The notes under the pieces: generated by a model
Seen by the model: only the letters and a program-made list of their open reading frames with translations
What the model was told of the DNA's origin: nothing
Database searches by the model: none
Program-made: the position numbers and the translations under genes
Shown here: positions 62,119 through 64,000 of the stretch, piece by piece
Numbering within the stretch: the stretch's first letter is position 1
Layout of the letters: each line of letters opens with the position of its first letter
From: Eukaryota sp. GEM-RC1
Lineage: Eukaryota
Assembly (NCBI GenBank): GCA_040285855.1
Contig: JAUFOQ010000016.1
Location: 1,178,001 to 1,242,000 of the forward strand
Length of the DNA stretch: 64,000 bases
Direction of reading: 5' to 3'

Positions 62119-62617
62119 GGAAAGAGGATCTACTAGTAGATAGGAGTTTTTCTCAGAAATGAAAAACGTTTTACCTTGATCAGTTTAGCATTAACAGCAT
62201 TGCTACATCATGTACTATAATAATACAAAGTAGACCGTACATCCTTCTCACTGTACACGAGTTGTCACATCTCCAGTTAACATCATGTCCAAAATCATGT
62301 TTCTTTCGATATTTGTAAAAACACAGTTCGATGACTTAAACACTTAATTGTTTTAATCAGTTTTTGTTGGATTTAAATATAGAGTAGGAGAAACCCTTGG
62401 TCTTGTTGCCAAAGTTGTTTGAATATTTCTAAGTCGACTGTATCAAGTACCTGTATCACCAAGTTGTACAATGACTTCTTCCGCAAATTACGCATGTTCC
62501 ACGCCCAGTTTCTTCGTGCTGCTCTTTCATTCAATTTCAAAATAGGAATAAAACAAAGTTGAATTTACTTTTTTTAATGGAATTTATGGCAAATTTAATG
62601 AATTTAATACATGTAGT

Positions 62618-62800
62618 CTAATACTCAATATCATCAAAGCAAGATTCCTTAGAATCGAACCTTGTTGAAGCTTTGTCTTCATAATGCACACTGACGGATA
62701 ATAAAGAATTCGAAATCATTGTGGGAACTGCTTTTAGAATTGTAAAGACAATTCTGTTCTGCCAAAAAGAGTGGTCCAAAAAAATTGAATATACTAGTAA
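62618..62800 (-). mobile_element. CRE-like 3' fragment
   Basis: FWQNRIVFTILK...HYEDK...FDDIEY parallels the end of 50421-50990. Confidence 0.6.
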
Positions 62801-63155
62801 GTGATTCTCGTAGATTGCTGAATCGCATACAGAAACAGATCTGGAGATCACAGGTTCGCAAACAACGTTTTAGAAATCGTTCAATTCAAACAACAAGTAG
62901 GACAATAGTTTCTTCTACTGTTATACCAGTAAGATCAGCTTAATTCAGCTGGCCGTCTATCAAAATTGAAAAAGGGTTCAACTCGACATTGTTTATTGTT
63001 CTAGATTTAATATCTGTTAATTTTAATGAATGAACACAATTTTTAAGTGCAAATAGCGTGTTCAAAAAGGTTTGACTATTCTTTCTTTCTTGAAGTTTTT
63101 GGAACAATATTCCAATTATGGATAAATCACTGGAAAAAACTCAACAAACAATAAA

Positions 63156-64000
63156 CTAAAAGAAAATCCAAAGCACAAACACCAAGACCACGAATAAAAA
63201 CACTCTAAAATCCGCAATAACACGGATCCGCTGCATACTCTCCGCAACTTCCTCCCCTCTTCTCCTCTCAATCATTCGTAAGAACCAAACAACTAAATAA
63301 ACGACTGCACTGATCTCATTCCTCCTTATTGGTCTCTCATACTGCTTCCCCACCACTCTAACTGACTCAGGAGGACAATAACCCTCTCCAGTAACAGCCT
63401 GGGCATAACCACGTTCAGTAAGGACACTACTAGACCTCATCTCAGCACTGGTTTCATGAAGAGAAGGAAGGAGTTCAGAAGCATCACTCTCTGGAGAAGG
63501 AATATTAAAAACTTTACAAAAAATGTCAATACACTGACGACTTTTTCTGTACAATCGTAGTCGCTGCTGATATTCCTCATGGTTATCTGAAATAGGCAAC
63601 CAACGTAGAAAGAAAGAGACCTTGTTAGGCTCGACAGGTCGACTCATTAGTGATAAATTAGAAATGATTGATTGAGCTCCAGTAATCAAACCCTGACTCT
63701 TAAAAAGTAAACTCGGGATCATACTTAAGTCTATCAAATTCAAACTCTAAATTCCTACAGGTCCATGATATCAGTCCGACCGTTGTGGTATCCCCATTGA
63801 AGGCCAATGCTTCAGATCCAGGTCTTCTCAATGGAGAAAGATACATTGGAGAGTCTAAAGGACGGTGAGAGACAAAAGAAGATGTTGAAACTGATGAAAC
63901 AAAATCCTTAAAAACAGGGTTGAATGTGGCAAGTAGAGAACACGTGGTGAGGGCAGAGGATTGATTGAAGAATCGAGCATTGCTTTTGATTAATTTGATT
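63156..64000 (-). CDS. C-terminal part of a tail-anchored membrane protein, weakly SMPD4-like; runs off the window; frameshift near 63702
   Basis: Open frame from 64000; RPIRRNEISAVV resembles SMPD4 QPIRSYEIASLV; C-terminal TM. Confidence 0.45.

Noticed and set aside
665..63743. Pervasive frameshifts read as programmed ribosomal frameshifting or RNA editing (Stealth, PLB-like, FNT, CFAP58, TmcB-like, WD protein, DNAI2)
   Set aside because: Both +1 and -1 breaks occur, mostly in A, T or C homopolymers (e.g. 8489-8492, 19893-19897, 22704-22707, 35043-35047, 61805-61812), with no shared shift motif. This is the pattern of uncorrected long-read errors. Short-read polishing would settle it.
1..64000. 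Alternative genetic code (stop codon reassignment)
   Set aside because: Conserved genes are open in the standard code and end in TAA, TAG and TGA. Only the 25513 TGA has SECIS support.

Overview
This is gene-dense, AT-rich eukaryotic nuclear DNA in the standard genetic code, from a flagellated protist. A formate/nitrite transporter, bacterial-type enzymes and tiny introns suggest an anaerobic, possibly metamonad-like organism (inference). It holds about 30 protein genes, many ciliary (dynein LC4, CFAP58, ODAD2/ARMC4, DNAI2, DPCD, IFT25, WD/EF-hand proteins). Housekeeping genes include PRPP synthetase, phospholipase B-like, REXO, POP5, EPC and an RPS29 missed by the ORF track. Nine 26-32 nt GT-AG introns carry a putative branch A fixed 7-8 nt from the 3' end. 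Many other ORF breaks are single-base indels, mostly in homopolymers, and are most likely long-read errors. Intergenic space holds hAT-like and TA-flanked TIR elements (one nested pair) and fragments of a CRE-like non-LTR retrotransposon. The top finding is a small gene at 25222-25521 ending GGG-TGA-TGC-TAA and followed by a well-formed type II SECIS (25548-25608). It is a candidate novel selenoprotein with a SelW/Rdx-like body and a C-terminal Gly-Gly-Gly-Sec-Cys tail.
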